Below the pieces are notes generated by a model. It saw nothing but the letters and a program-made list of their open reading frames with translations. It made no database searches and was not told the DNA's origin. A stretch of DNA of 63,708 nucleotides, the filler included, from Licmophora abbreviata (lineage: Eukaryota): NCBI GenBank assembly GCA_900291995.1. It is 13 parts of 13 records of this genome, joined end to end, with 100 filler letters (N's around TTAATTAATTAA, not from the genome) between each part and the next. Parts side by side here need not be neighbours in the genome. Positions count along the whole stretch, not along the records: positions 43,944 to 48,245 come from OLMU01001506.1; positions 48,346 to 51,135 come from OLMU01001507.1; positions 51,236 to 52,619 come from OLMU01001509.1; positions 52,720 to 56,677 come from OLMU01001510.1; positions 56,778 to 60,223 come from OLMU01001511.1; 8 more parts are not named here. The stretch is one strand, 5' to 3'. The first letter of the stretch is position 1. Every line of letters starts with the position of its first letter. A program made the translations under genes and the position numbers. Of this stretch, positions 46,714-56,947 are shown in pieces.

Positions 46714-47982
46714 TCAAGGCAGCATTGCTCCATGGACTCGATTCCATGCAAGATTGTCGAGTTCCTTTTCTTTACACCAATCCTCGAGCTGTGGTGATGC
46801 TGAAAACCCCTTCTTGTGGGAGCACACCGCGTGGACTATATCATTCAGTATCGTGAGCTGCTCCTCCGCTGCCGCAATAGAAGCACCAAAGATTGAGTTC
46901 AATTTTTGCGTAAGAACCTCATTGGCACGATTGTGGAGCTCTGTTTCGTGTGGACTCCATTTCCGCAGAAGGCGTTCCGCTTCTAATTCTCTTTGACTCT
47001 TCTCCTCCTCCTCCACTCGTACCGATCGCACTTTTTTTGACAAGAAGGTGACATCTAGTGGATGAAGACCGTACTCATACCAAAATCTTAGCATGGATTC
47101 CACCATTCGTTCCGTCACTAGCAGTAGAACGCGGCCCCCAGCGCCTGATTGGTCTAGTAGCATGTCATAGTTCTCTTGTGCTGATGCGTTCGGATTGAAT
47201 CCATTTCCCATGAGAAACATACTCTCACGATCGGCTTGACAGGCACTATGTCCCTGAAAAGTGTGCAGGAAATTATCCCGCGCCTCATCCGATAGCACGA
47301 AGTCGATCCACCTGGAACGATTTTGCGTGTATACAAGGCAGCCACAATTTTTATAGAATCCACAGGCACTGTGGAGACGTGACGCAGGGTCGCGGATGAT
47401 TGAGAGAACCCTACCATTCGCAGAAGGGACAACTTTTTCAAGTAGAATATTGTCAAAGGAAACGTGGTTGGCCCAAATGTCGTATGGTGCACTCCGAATG
47501 CTGGCGTTGGTGGTTCGCTGCCTCAGAATATCTTCACCACGTGGCTTAAAGTGGATCTGGTCGGCAACTGGAGTAACCAAGCTGTGACTGGTGGCGAGTG
47601 CGTGAAGGACAGATGTGATTGTGCTGGAACCTGTCTTGTGCGTCTTAATGAATAGAATACCACTGGAAGGCCTGTGGTTTCGAAATTCATCGCTAGTGAT
47701 AATCTTCCAGAGTGTTCGCTGGGCTTGTTCGACTGACATGGAAGCGTTCGACCATGCCCGAGCGAAGTCACTGAGAGCTGGTGAGAGGAATTCAATCTTC
47801 TTGTTCGTCGCGGGCGCATGCGCTTCAATCTTCTCTGGGGGCACCGGCGAAGTTTTCATTCTTTTCAAAGAGGACAGGCTTGGAGTGCCAGTGAAGTACA
47901 TGGCAATGATTGCAGCCAGTGTACCTAGGAGCAGCAGGGTTCCCAGACGAACAAGTCCGCTTCCCAGAGGCGGAAAGATCAT
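46714..47982 (-). CDS. Galactose-3-O-sulfotransferase-like Golgi sulfotransferase
   Basis: N-terminal TM, 5'-PSB motif LFIKTHKTGSSTIT, 3'-PB motif SIIRDP..R..S, LLVTERMVES. Confidence 0.88.
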   Translation of the reverse strand: MIFPPLGSGLVRLGTLLLLGTLAAIIAMYFTGTPSLSSLKRMKTSPVPPEKIEAHAPATNKKIEFLSPALSDFARAWSNASMSVEQAQRTLWKIITSDEFRNHRPSSGILFIKTHKTGSSTITSVLHALATSHSLVTPVADQIHFKPRGEDILRQRTTNASIRSAPYDIWANHVSFDNILLEKVVPSANGRVLSIIRDPASRLHSACGFYKNCGCLVYTQNRSRWIDFVLSDEARDNFLHTFQGHSACQADRESMFLMGNGFNPNASAQENYDMLLDQSGAGGRVLLLVTERMVESMLRFWYEYGLHPLDVTFLSKKVRSVRVEEEEKSQRELEAERLLRKWSPHETELHNRANEVLTQKLNSIFGASIAAAEEQLTILNDIVHAVCSHKKGFSASPQLEDWCKEKELDNLAWNRVHGAMLP

Positions 47983-48345
47983 TGTTGGGCTGACCGTTTC
48001 CACTCACAACTCGCAAACCTTCAGCTCACGGGTGACGCTCGGTGATCGACACTAATCAAACGATCTGCAAAGGCAAAGCAACAAACATACGGTTATGTTG
48101 AACTTGGTAGCAATTCTAGGCAGAAGTATCGATACAAGCTATCATACAAGTATCGATATGATACAAGCTACAACCACTTTCTGATGAGGTGTGACATACG
48201 GATGGACAGGCAGGACTGTAAAACTATGTCGCATTGCGACACACANNNNNNNNNNNNNNNNNNNNNNNNNNNNNNNNNNNNNNNNNNNNTTAATTAATTA
48301 ANNNNNNNNNNNNNNNNNNNNNNNNNNNNNNNNNNNNNNNNNNNN

Positions 48346-49597
48346 CAAGATAGTGGCCATCATACTGGTCGGTGGCTTAGGAATGGCCTCGTTCGCATCG
48401 GTGGTTCAGCAAGTTTCGACAGTATCGACTGGGCCATCATCATGGAGCACAAAACTTGATTCTCGGCAAACGCAGGTCTACATGTCCAGAGAAGAAGAAC
48501 CGGCCTTGCTGCAAGGATTGATACACATCATTCATACGCGGTTCATGCAACATCAGGCAGACTTGAAACACTTGTCAAGAGCCCGACTTGAACAGTTGAA
48601 ATCCGTCAGCTTGCCATCTATCCTTCATCAGAACTCGACCAACTTTCTCTGGATCATCAAGACAGATCCAGACTTGGACAAGAACATTCGCCAGGAGCTT
48701 GTCGATTTGTTGCGGCCCCACCCACGCTTCTTTCTCGTCGATTCGCTCGATAATTACCATGAATGGTTAACAAACAGCAACGCCGACCTCAACGGCTCGT
48801 GGCGAGGTGGAGAGGAAGGGGAGGAGTTGTTGACACAGCTTAGCCATGATTCGATACATACAGGCGATTGATCTCTACTGCAGCGTGCCTACGAGTTGAG
48901 AGAAGAGATTCCAGTGTTGGAAACTATGTTGGATGCAGACGATGGACTGCACGACGGATTCATTGATACCGTCCAAACGTACGCACAATCCGAGTTCGGG
49001 CATTCATCTCCTTCCCGAAAGCATTGGATGTACTGGTGTTCTCGAGATTATATAGCATGGCACACTGCGTTGAACGCTACCTCGAACGATCCCGAGGAAG
49101 GCCTTCTAAAGATCATCTCGCGGCCACTGTCGTCACGAGTTGCGTACTGCTCCACGGCAGGCTTGACGGTAGGGTACAACGTCGGGACTATGCAAGTTAC
49201 TGCTACTGCCCATAACCACTTGAAAAAGGCGACATGGTATGCCGATTGCAACCACGATCCCAATGTCGAATCTTCGTGTCTTCAAGTACTCAACGACCCT
49301 GCGCCTGGCGTAGTCCGATCTCGGACCATCACATCTGCCGGTATGAAGGATGTCGAACCGGTCGCTTTTCAGACCTACCGGTACAACGAAAGTGTTTTCA
49401 TGGACATACAAGCACAATTGTGGCGGACAATGGAAGAGACGTTTCACATTTCAAAATCCGCATGCGAAGAGACCAATCGGTACATTCGAATGAACCTACG
49501 TGAGATTGCCGATGACAATTTGAACGGGCAGTGCTCTTCTGGTCACAGCTGCAAAAGCGCTGCTCGGAACAAGCTGAACTATCTCGCCTCTGGCTAG
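48346..49597 (+). CDS. Putative rhamnosyltransferase-like (GT-A) protein, 5' truncated, with an in-frame TGA at 48869-48871
   Basis: HIIHTRFMQ, RL..L....LPS...Q...NFLWII.TD and LDADDGL. The two ORFs are in the same frame, separated by a single TGA. Confidence 0.7.
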
Positions 49598-50112
49598 TGC
49601 AGGATATAATAATCGATGCAGTGCCTGTGGTGTTAGCAGTGAGCGCACTCTCAATCGTTTCATGCGTGCGTCACTCCAGCAACGACAAACCCAGCCAACG
49701 CCCCTGCTGCAACAGTTCGTCAGCAGCTTGTTTCACGATAATTTTGTACATTCACAATAGGCTTACGCTTCCGCATAGATACAATATGAAGTACCTGGTA
49801 CGAGTATGAGGCGTTGCCTAACCTACCGGTACACGAGCCTGTCGAGGAGGTCTCGACTACGAGTAGGTACCTGGTATGAGGCAGTTTCGAGATTGATTCG
49901 AAACAAGCATCTCAGTCGAAGGAGTCGAGTCCAGTCACGAGCACGCCCCGCCGATGCGACGACGCCGTTGGGGGACTTTCGAGAGAAGATACCCTCTCGT
50001 TATCACACAATACACAATCACGCTGCTGTCGGTATCAGGGAACCCGCTTGTCTTCCTTTCTTCACACTTCAGTAGACAAGGTCGTCCCTACTCCCTACAT
50101 TTCATTCTAGCC

Positions 50113-50994
50113 ATGCCGTCTCGCTATTGCGCTGCCTGCGATCGCAATCTGACCAAAGATTGCTTCTCGAAGAACCAGTGGTCCAAAGGCATCGGCATCT
50201 CCCGTTGTTCCTCTTGTACCCACGGTACTACAAGTTCTCAGCAGCAGCACGATGTCACGCAGACTGCCCGTTGCAACAATGCGACTCGAGCGTCTTTTCA
50301 AAGTTATGATCTAGACAATCCCTTCGCCGCGGGTGCCTTTCGCTGGGTCGCTCGCGGCGAGTACACGCACGGCGAACGGGCCGGGCAAGAGTGTGTCTGC
50401 AAGTGGTTCAAGACGGGAGGCGTCATGGAAGCACACTTTTACGATACGGATCTCGAGGCATCCCAAGAAGCGGTGAGGCTCATTACAAAGTGGAATGAGA
50501 AGCACTTGATCAATCGAATGGTTCAGGTGAACCTCCCCGAAGTATGGACCTTCAATCACGATGCCCGGGCGAGCTGGGCTGGCAAGAAGGTCCTCCAGGA
50601 ACCCTTTATTGAGAATTACGAAAAATTCAACAGCAATACTGGCTGGGCCGACGACAGTCTCCCCTGGCCACGCGTCATGCAAGCGCTTTCGCACTTTACC
50701 TACCATACTTCCAATGGACAGATGCTCCTCTGCGACTTGCAGGGCGGAGTCTACAGCAACGGCATTGTCTTGACGGACCCCGTGGTCATGTCGACGGCCC
50801 GCGCCTACGGACCGACGGATCTGGGGAGTAACGGAATCTCCACCTTCTTTGCCCACCACGAGTGCAACGAGTACTGTCGTTCCGAATGGCGCACTCCTCG
50901 GAACCCGACTGCCTATTATCGCCGTACCGCCGGCACGACCATGGAGCACGTTCCGACGCGCCACAGCCGTGGGGCCATGTCCATGCACTACTGA
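50113..50994 (+). CDS. Alpha-kinase (MHCK/eEF2K family) with N-terminal CxxC..FS..Q..CxxC zinc finger
   Basis: PFAAGAFR, VCKWFK, EPFI..Y.KFNSNTGW, QALSHFTYH..G..LLCDLQG, LTDP, GPTDLG..GI..FF..H.CN..C. Confidence 0.93.
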   Translation: MPSRYCAACDRNLTKDCFSKNQWSKGIGISRCSSCTHGTTSSQQQHDVTQTARCNNATRASFQSYDLDNPFAAGAFRWVARGEYTHGERAGQECVCKWFKTGGVMEAHFYDTDLEASQEAVRLITKWNEKHLINRMVQVNLPEVWTFNHDARASWAGKKVLQEPFIENYEKFNSNTGWADDSLPWPRVMQALSHFTYHTSNGQMLLCDLQGGVYSNGIVLTDPVVMSTARAYGPTDLGSNGISTFFAHHECNEYCRSEWRTPRNPTAYYRRTAGTTMEHVPTRHSRGAMSMHY

Positions 50995-51434
50995 AGGAGG
51001 TTCGGAGAGTGTGGAACAAAGACACACTTCAACATTGGTTCATTGGATCATCATCATATTATTATAAGAATATAGCCGCAGAAGGAAAGTGAAGGCGAAA
51101 TGGGGACACTATTAGACTAGCTAGTAGAAGACAATNNNNNNNNNNNNNNNNNNNNNNNNNNNNNNNNNNNNNNNNNNNNTTAATTAATTAANNNNNNNNN
51201 NNNNNNNNNNNNNNNNNNNNNNNNNNNNNNNNNNNTTTACGAGTACTTCTATAAATATTACTGTTCGGCACGCAATTATTATGTATCCGGATTTGTACAT
51301 TTATAATTTAAAACCGGTGCTACAACGTGCCAAATTCAAAACCCAAGACTCACGCGAGACTGACCACTCGACTTGACTCACTCACTCACGCTCGTCGTCA
51401 CAACAGACACAACACACTGAAAACCACTGCCACC

Positions 51435-52619
51435 ATGGGATCTCCGTCTCCCGCGCGTCGCCGCCATCCTTTGCGTTCCAGTCCACGACGAAAGAGGACT
51501 TCGTTGCTGCGACAAACGACACTGTCGACCAATGTCGAAATCGTGAGGCCTCCCAGCAATCACAAGAAGCTCCGACAAGAAAACACAGAGAAATCACCGC
51601 TCGTTTTACGACGAGTACCTCCTCCTCTGCGTCGCACGAGTCCTCGGCGAGTACAAGTACAACCACGCCCAACCGCAGCCGCAGTGACAACCCTACCAGA
51701 CCTACTTCGAGTAGTAGCAGCTTAGGCCCAGTGTCTTTCCCTCGCTTCCTCGAAATGTGGAAAGCCGTCGAAGAAGACGACGGCTGGTGTACCGAAGAGT
51801 TTGAAGAAAGCAGCAGCTTTCGTCGCGCCAATTCTGCTATACACGAGAGTAAATCTCAAAGCAAGGCCCAGTACGGCCGCCTCCTCTTCAAGGCCACCAA
51901 CGTCCTCTTTGATGTCGTTATGAACTTGCAGTACTATCATCAGTTTTTGGATGTCGGGCACGGTGTGGGCAACACTGTACTGCAAGCGGCGTATACGAGA
52001 GGCTGTGAGGCCTTGGGGATTGAGCTTGTAGCGATACGACATGAACGGGCGCTTGTGTATCAAGAGAAAATGAAAGAAGTGGATCGATTGCACAATCGAG
52101 AGCGTGATGGGAAGGTGAGATTCATGCAATGGCTCCTTTCTTGCTTTAGGCGGGACTCGATTCTTACGATGCGATTCTTCTTTCTCTGTCTATCTCTTTC
52201 ATCATCATCCTTGCACCCTTTCTTGTGAATTCCTATTTCAGAATTTTTACGCCGGTTCCGTTCGCATGCGTCACGGCAGTCTCGAGGCCCCGGAGCATCG
52301 CGCCTTTCTCACGCAACACGTCGACGTGGCCTTTTGCAACAATTACGGAGAAGTCTTTGGAGAACGCTGTCGCAAACACAAGGAACTCTATACCATGGAC
52401 GATTACCTGGCGGGGAACTTTTGTCTCATGAAACCCAACAGCATTTTGGTAACGCTCTATCCACTGTCGTCGCTGGGATTTTCGAGGGAGGAAGCGAATG
52501 CAATGAGGGTGTCGCACGGATTGCCGGAATCGGAGACTGCGTCGTTTTATCGAGAAGAACACTTTGTCTTTGAGGGGACGGGATTGTTGAGCTGGACCAA
52601 TAACAGTTTCCGAGTCTAC
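51435..52619 (+). CDS. DOT1-like histone H3K79 methyltransferase, 3' truncated; intron at about 52114-52241; frameshift in the N-terminal low-complexity region
   Basis: QYGRLL, FLDVGHGVGNTVLQAAY..GC...GIEL, DVAFCNNY, MKPNSILVTL match DOT1 motifs. Confidence 0.8.
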
Positions 52620-53161
52620 NNNNNNNNNNNNNNNNNNNNNNNNNNNNNNNNNNNNNNNNNNNNTTAATTAATTAANNNNNNNNNNNNNNNNNNNNNNNNN
52701 NNNNNNNNNNNNNNNNNNNAAGTATACCAGGCTACAGCACAATACCTTTTTGTGTTGCAATCCGGAGTGTCCGAAAGCACAAGCGCAAACGCCGATTTTG
52801 TCCTACAAGGTTGATGACGAGGAAGACAAGGTGGTGGTAAATCAATGCGATTGTCGACTGCAGCGCAAGACGCGACGTACCAAGAATTACCAAGTTCCCT
52901 GTCGTACTGTGCATGTCGATTAGAGAATGTGTATGATATAGTTATACCACGTAGGGTGGGGTTGTCTCGGAAAGGTCAGCTGCTAAAGTGGCATCACTAT
53001 TTTACTGACTACTCGTGCAGAGAGTAGCAGATAAAGCTAAAACACGGAAAGAACTATATACTGTAGTTTCCGTTTCGGATACCTGCCGGATCGCGCAATC
53101 CATCACCGTGCATCCAAACAGAAACATACACACACATGTAACACGAGCCACTCTTCCCCCT

Positions 53162-56100
53162 CTAGTAGTAGCGACGCCAGTTGGGCACGCCACGAGGGAT
53201 CATCTCGGGCACTTCGATTCGCAAACGTTCCCACATGACAGCGTCTACATTGCGGTATACCATGGCTCCAATCTGCTGGGCACGTTCCGGCAAAGACCAA
53301 GCAAGGACTTTGAGGTACTTGATGCGCTGCTCTTGACGAGGGAGATTCGTCACGATGAAAGGAATAATGACTTCCCAGCGGTCGGCAGGAGTCAAGCGGA
53401 AGCACTCGCGCGAGATTTGTTTCTGCACTTCCAGAGGGAGAATCTTACGACCAATGCACTGCAAATGGCGCTCTTCGCCGAGGAGATGCTCCATGAAGTG
53501 ATCAAAGAAGGGGGGAAGCTCCTTCTTGAGCGAGTCAACGGCATTCTGACGCTGCGAATCGCCAGAGAGGTGTCCAAGAGCTTGTTGGCAGATTCGCGCC
53601 ATCCGGCCATCTTGACGTGGTCCTCCGCATGATCGTCGTTGAACTTCTTCGCGTGCTCGGGAAAGTAATCGTTGAAGACCTTGAAGATGACTTCGTCCTC
53701 ATGTTTTGCGTGCTCTTCGTGTGTCATGCAGAACCGATTGAAGTGCGCCGCAAAGAGTCCCATGTTCTGACTACCTTTCTCGGATCGGTCGGAGACGTCA
53801 AGGTTGTCCAGACAGATTCGAAGCGCCTCCATGTTGCCACGAAAGGCTTCGTGCGTCAACTTCATAAACGACAGCGGACCCCACTTGACTACACGAGAGA
53901 CGGCGTACGAAGAAAGAAAACGATTAGAACTCCGTCCCACCAAGCAACGCAAGCAGCAAGCCATACATACACCCGTCATATACTCACCCTCCGGAGTGAA
54001 GACTCCGCGGCGACGAACCACAGCCACAATCGTGTGCAAGAGTGCGCACATATTGGCAATGGAGGCGATGGCCAAGCCAGTGAACATGAGGGTACGACTG
54101 GCCGAGTAGCCATTCAGGGCGTAAAAGGCAGCCGCGCAAGCGGCCAAAGTGTCAAGCGCAAAGCACTCGGTCCAGTATGCCATGCCGAACTTATCGCGTC
54201 CAAAGAAAGCAATGTACGGAAGTGTCGCCCACGCCATAATGGCAAACAGGAAAAGGCCAATAAAGTAGTACTGCGAAAAGTCTGCTTCGCATTCGGCAAA
54301 TGTCGACAGATCGCCACGGAAACCAGAGTTCAAGCAGATACTGAGATTGGCCAGTCCAATGACGCACGGCGCCGCCAACCAAATGAATACCCCATGGCGC
54401 GTTCGATTATCACTGTTGTGTGTTGTGGCCGTCTTGAAGAAGGTAATGACAAAGAGCGTCACCCACATCAAGAAAGCAAACGAGTAAAAGAAGCGTGCCA
54501 CATAGTCCGTCGTGACCTGATCATCCTCAAACATGGGAATGATTGGAGCGACGAGTGCCGCCACCGCTAGTCCGACCGGCAAAATCATCCAGTACGTGTG
54601 GACGTGTTCCATCTCGAGACGCTTGCCGACCCACTCTCCCATTTTGGCAATCGTCAAGAAGGATTGCATGAGGCACCGATCCAAAAGAAGACACGCGCCA
54701 CCCACTGTGCGCCCGATCCGTTCGGGTCGTCCGCGATTTCGTCGTACAAGATCCACGCGTACACCATGAAGGTAATGGCAATCAATCCAAACGATGAAGA
54801 CTGTATCGGACTGTCCCACTCGTGCTTAATCTTGCGAGGATACATGGCACATCGAGCCATGTACAAGCACAGCATGGGAACAAAGACAACGGCACCAATC
54901 GTCGCAATGACTTGATACCACGCAGAGGGCACCACGTCCGAGCGCTCCTCTACTCCCGGAGTTTCCGCAAACAAAAGTCCCCAATCGGACGAGATTTTAA
55001 AGGCAGCCGCCAATCCCACGATACTGAGTGGCATTCCGAAGTAGGTAACTTGCATATTTCGGATCAAATGAAAGTCATCCTTGGTCCACTCGTCCGACTT
55101 TGGTTTGTAACGAAGCGCCGTCGCATCACTCGGGTGGGGCGCCACGACGCGAGGCTTTGGCTCGTCCGTTTTGGAATTGGCATAGTCCCACGTGTCTTCC
55201 ACTTCTTGTTTCGACGACGTGTAGATGCGATAGACACTATCCGGAAACATATTGTAATCAATGCCCATGGAAAAGAAAACGCAGCCCAAACAAAAGTCGA
55301 GGAAGGCTTCCAGTCCCGCCGCACAGGCCAACATGCCCATAATGACAGCACCGACAATATCATGTCCATCAAAGGAGGGTCCAAAGTAAAAGATGGTTCC
55401 GAGCATACTAAACAAGACACCGCAGAGGGCCGCAAACTGTTTGGGAGGTCCGGGACGAAACTGTGGGCGAAAGGGAGACACGGCGACGGTAGCAATCATG
55501 CCCAATGGAGAGACGCTGCTGCCTACCACCATGCGGAGCACAAAGTCGACCAACAAGCCTGCAGCCAAGTAGCGACCCCACAGTTTCGTGTAAAAGACGG
55601 CACTGAGCACGCTGAGAACAAAGACTTGGAGACCCGTCACGCGAACGACGTAGTTGTTGACGACGTTCTTCGTAATTGGTACAAGATGAAAGTGAGAGCA
55701 ATGTGAGGAGGCATGAATTCATTCTTCAAGTACACTCTCTTTATAGGCAGACAGACACTCCCTAGTATAGTACTTACGGGAAACCAAAGGAGGGGATGAC
55801 GCGCTTCGCCACGAGAGACCGGTGCCAGCTTGGCCGTTTCGAGCGAGGTCGTGTCCATAGTTTTGGACTTGACAATGAGATCAGCGACTTTCGGCTCGAG
55901 CTTATGCTTCTTATGCATGGCCTTGACATCGTCACAGCCTCCTAAGAATTCTTCCTTGACAAAGACCATGGGAACGGTCGAATGAACGGTCTTGGACTTG
56001 GCTGCTTTGAAGACAGCCCCTCCCTCACTGCCGTTCTTATCGACATTGTAGACCGTCACGGGAACGCCAATGTCGTTCGAGAGGAAGTCAATGACGTCTC

Positions 56101-56302
56101 GACAAAAGGGACAGGACGACTTGGCCACAACTGCGACGGCATGAGAGGAAAGGAAGCATTCCAGCTGTGCGTCTGGAGTGGATCCCTCCAACGCACCCTC
56201 GGTCAGGACCGTGACGAGGCTCGCGGTCTTGGTCTCGCCCGCGGCGACTTCCACGCCCGTTTCCACGTCCGTCTTGGGACCATCCTCATCGTTGGGAGGC
56301 AT
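53162..56302 (-). CDS. Multidomain fusion: glutaredoxin + DUF4395 + SLAC1/TDT anion channel + hemerythrin (HHE); about 977 aa, 3 exons, two 1-nt frameshifts
   Basis: Grx: KSSCPFC, TVPMVFV..EFLGGCDD. DUF4395: PGPPKQFA, GLEAFLDFCLGC. TDT: YFGMPLSIVGLA, YPRKIKHEW, WLAAP, YWTECFALD. Hemerythrin: THEAFR, HAKHEDEVIF, DHAEDH, EHLLGEE. Introns 55668-55777 and 53889-53987. Confidence 0.88.
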
Positions 56303-56631
56303 GCTTCCGAAGAAAGAATGAAACGGCAAAGAAGATACACGACTGTCAGCACAAAATGACCCTCCACTTTTGTGAGAGTGTCATTGAGTAAGATCGTCGA
56401 CTAGTCACGGATCTGAGAGGTTTCCGGAGAAATGGTTTCCCCGCAAGCCTCGTGGGTCCGCGACTAAACCAATACATTTCATGCTGTTTATAATTTATCA
56501 CTTCTTGAGTAAGCACATAATGATAAGTATTGTTTAATAATATATTTGAAACTGTATATAAGCAACACTCACATTGTCACGTCATTGCACTTATTAAAGT
56601 GTAAACATACCATGATACTGCTGACCTGTAA

Positions 56632-56823
56632 CCTCGTACAGAATGTATCATACCTGCCGACGTTTTGAGAGCCCGCCNNNNNNNNNNNNNNNNNNNNNNN
56701 NNNNNNNNNNNNNNNNNNNNNTTAATTAATTAANNNNNNNNNNNNNNNNNNNNNNNNNNNNNNNNNNNNNNNNNNNNCCTCGTACAGAATGTATCATACC
56801 TGCCGACGTTTTGAGAGCCCGCC
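56632..56823. repeat. 46-bp exact duplication flanking the linker (56632-56677 = 56778-56823); contig-end overlap
   Basis: cctcgtacagaatgtatcatacctgccgacgttttgagagcccgcc is present on both sides of the N-linker. Confidence 0.95.
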
Positions 56824-56947
56824 GACCCTCATCGAACGTGCACCAGCCGAAACATCGAACACAAAGAGTGAACGATCTCATCATGTGTGTCATCCAATCG
56901 AGCCTGAGCGCTAACAAAAAAAGATGTCTAGTTGTATTTTCAACGTT

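Noticed and set aside
48126..48172. Short GATACAAG(C)TA iterations near a contig end
   Set aside because: Only about three degenerate copies. Low-complexity sequence with no supportable function.
48869..48871. TGA as selenocysteine
   Set aside because: Not a redox-type family or a Cys-aligned position as far as I can judge, and no SECIS was recognised.
53015..55706. Long plus-strand ORFs (205, 317 and 294 aa)
   Set aside because: Antisense shadows of the Grx-DUF4395-TDT-hemerythrin gene.
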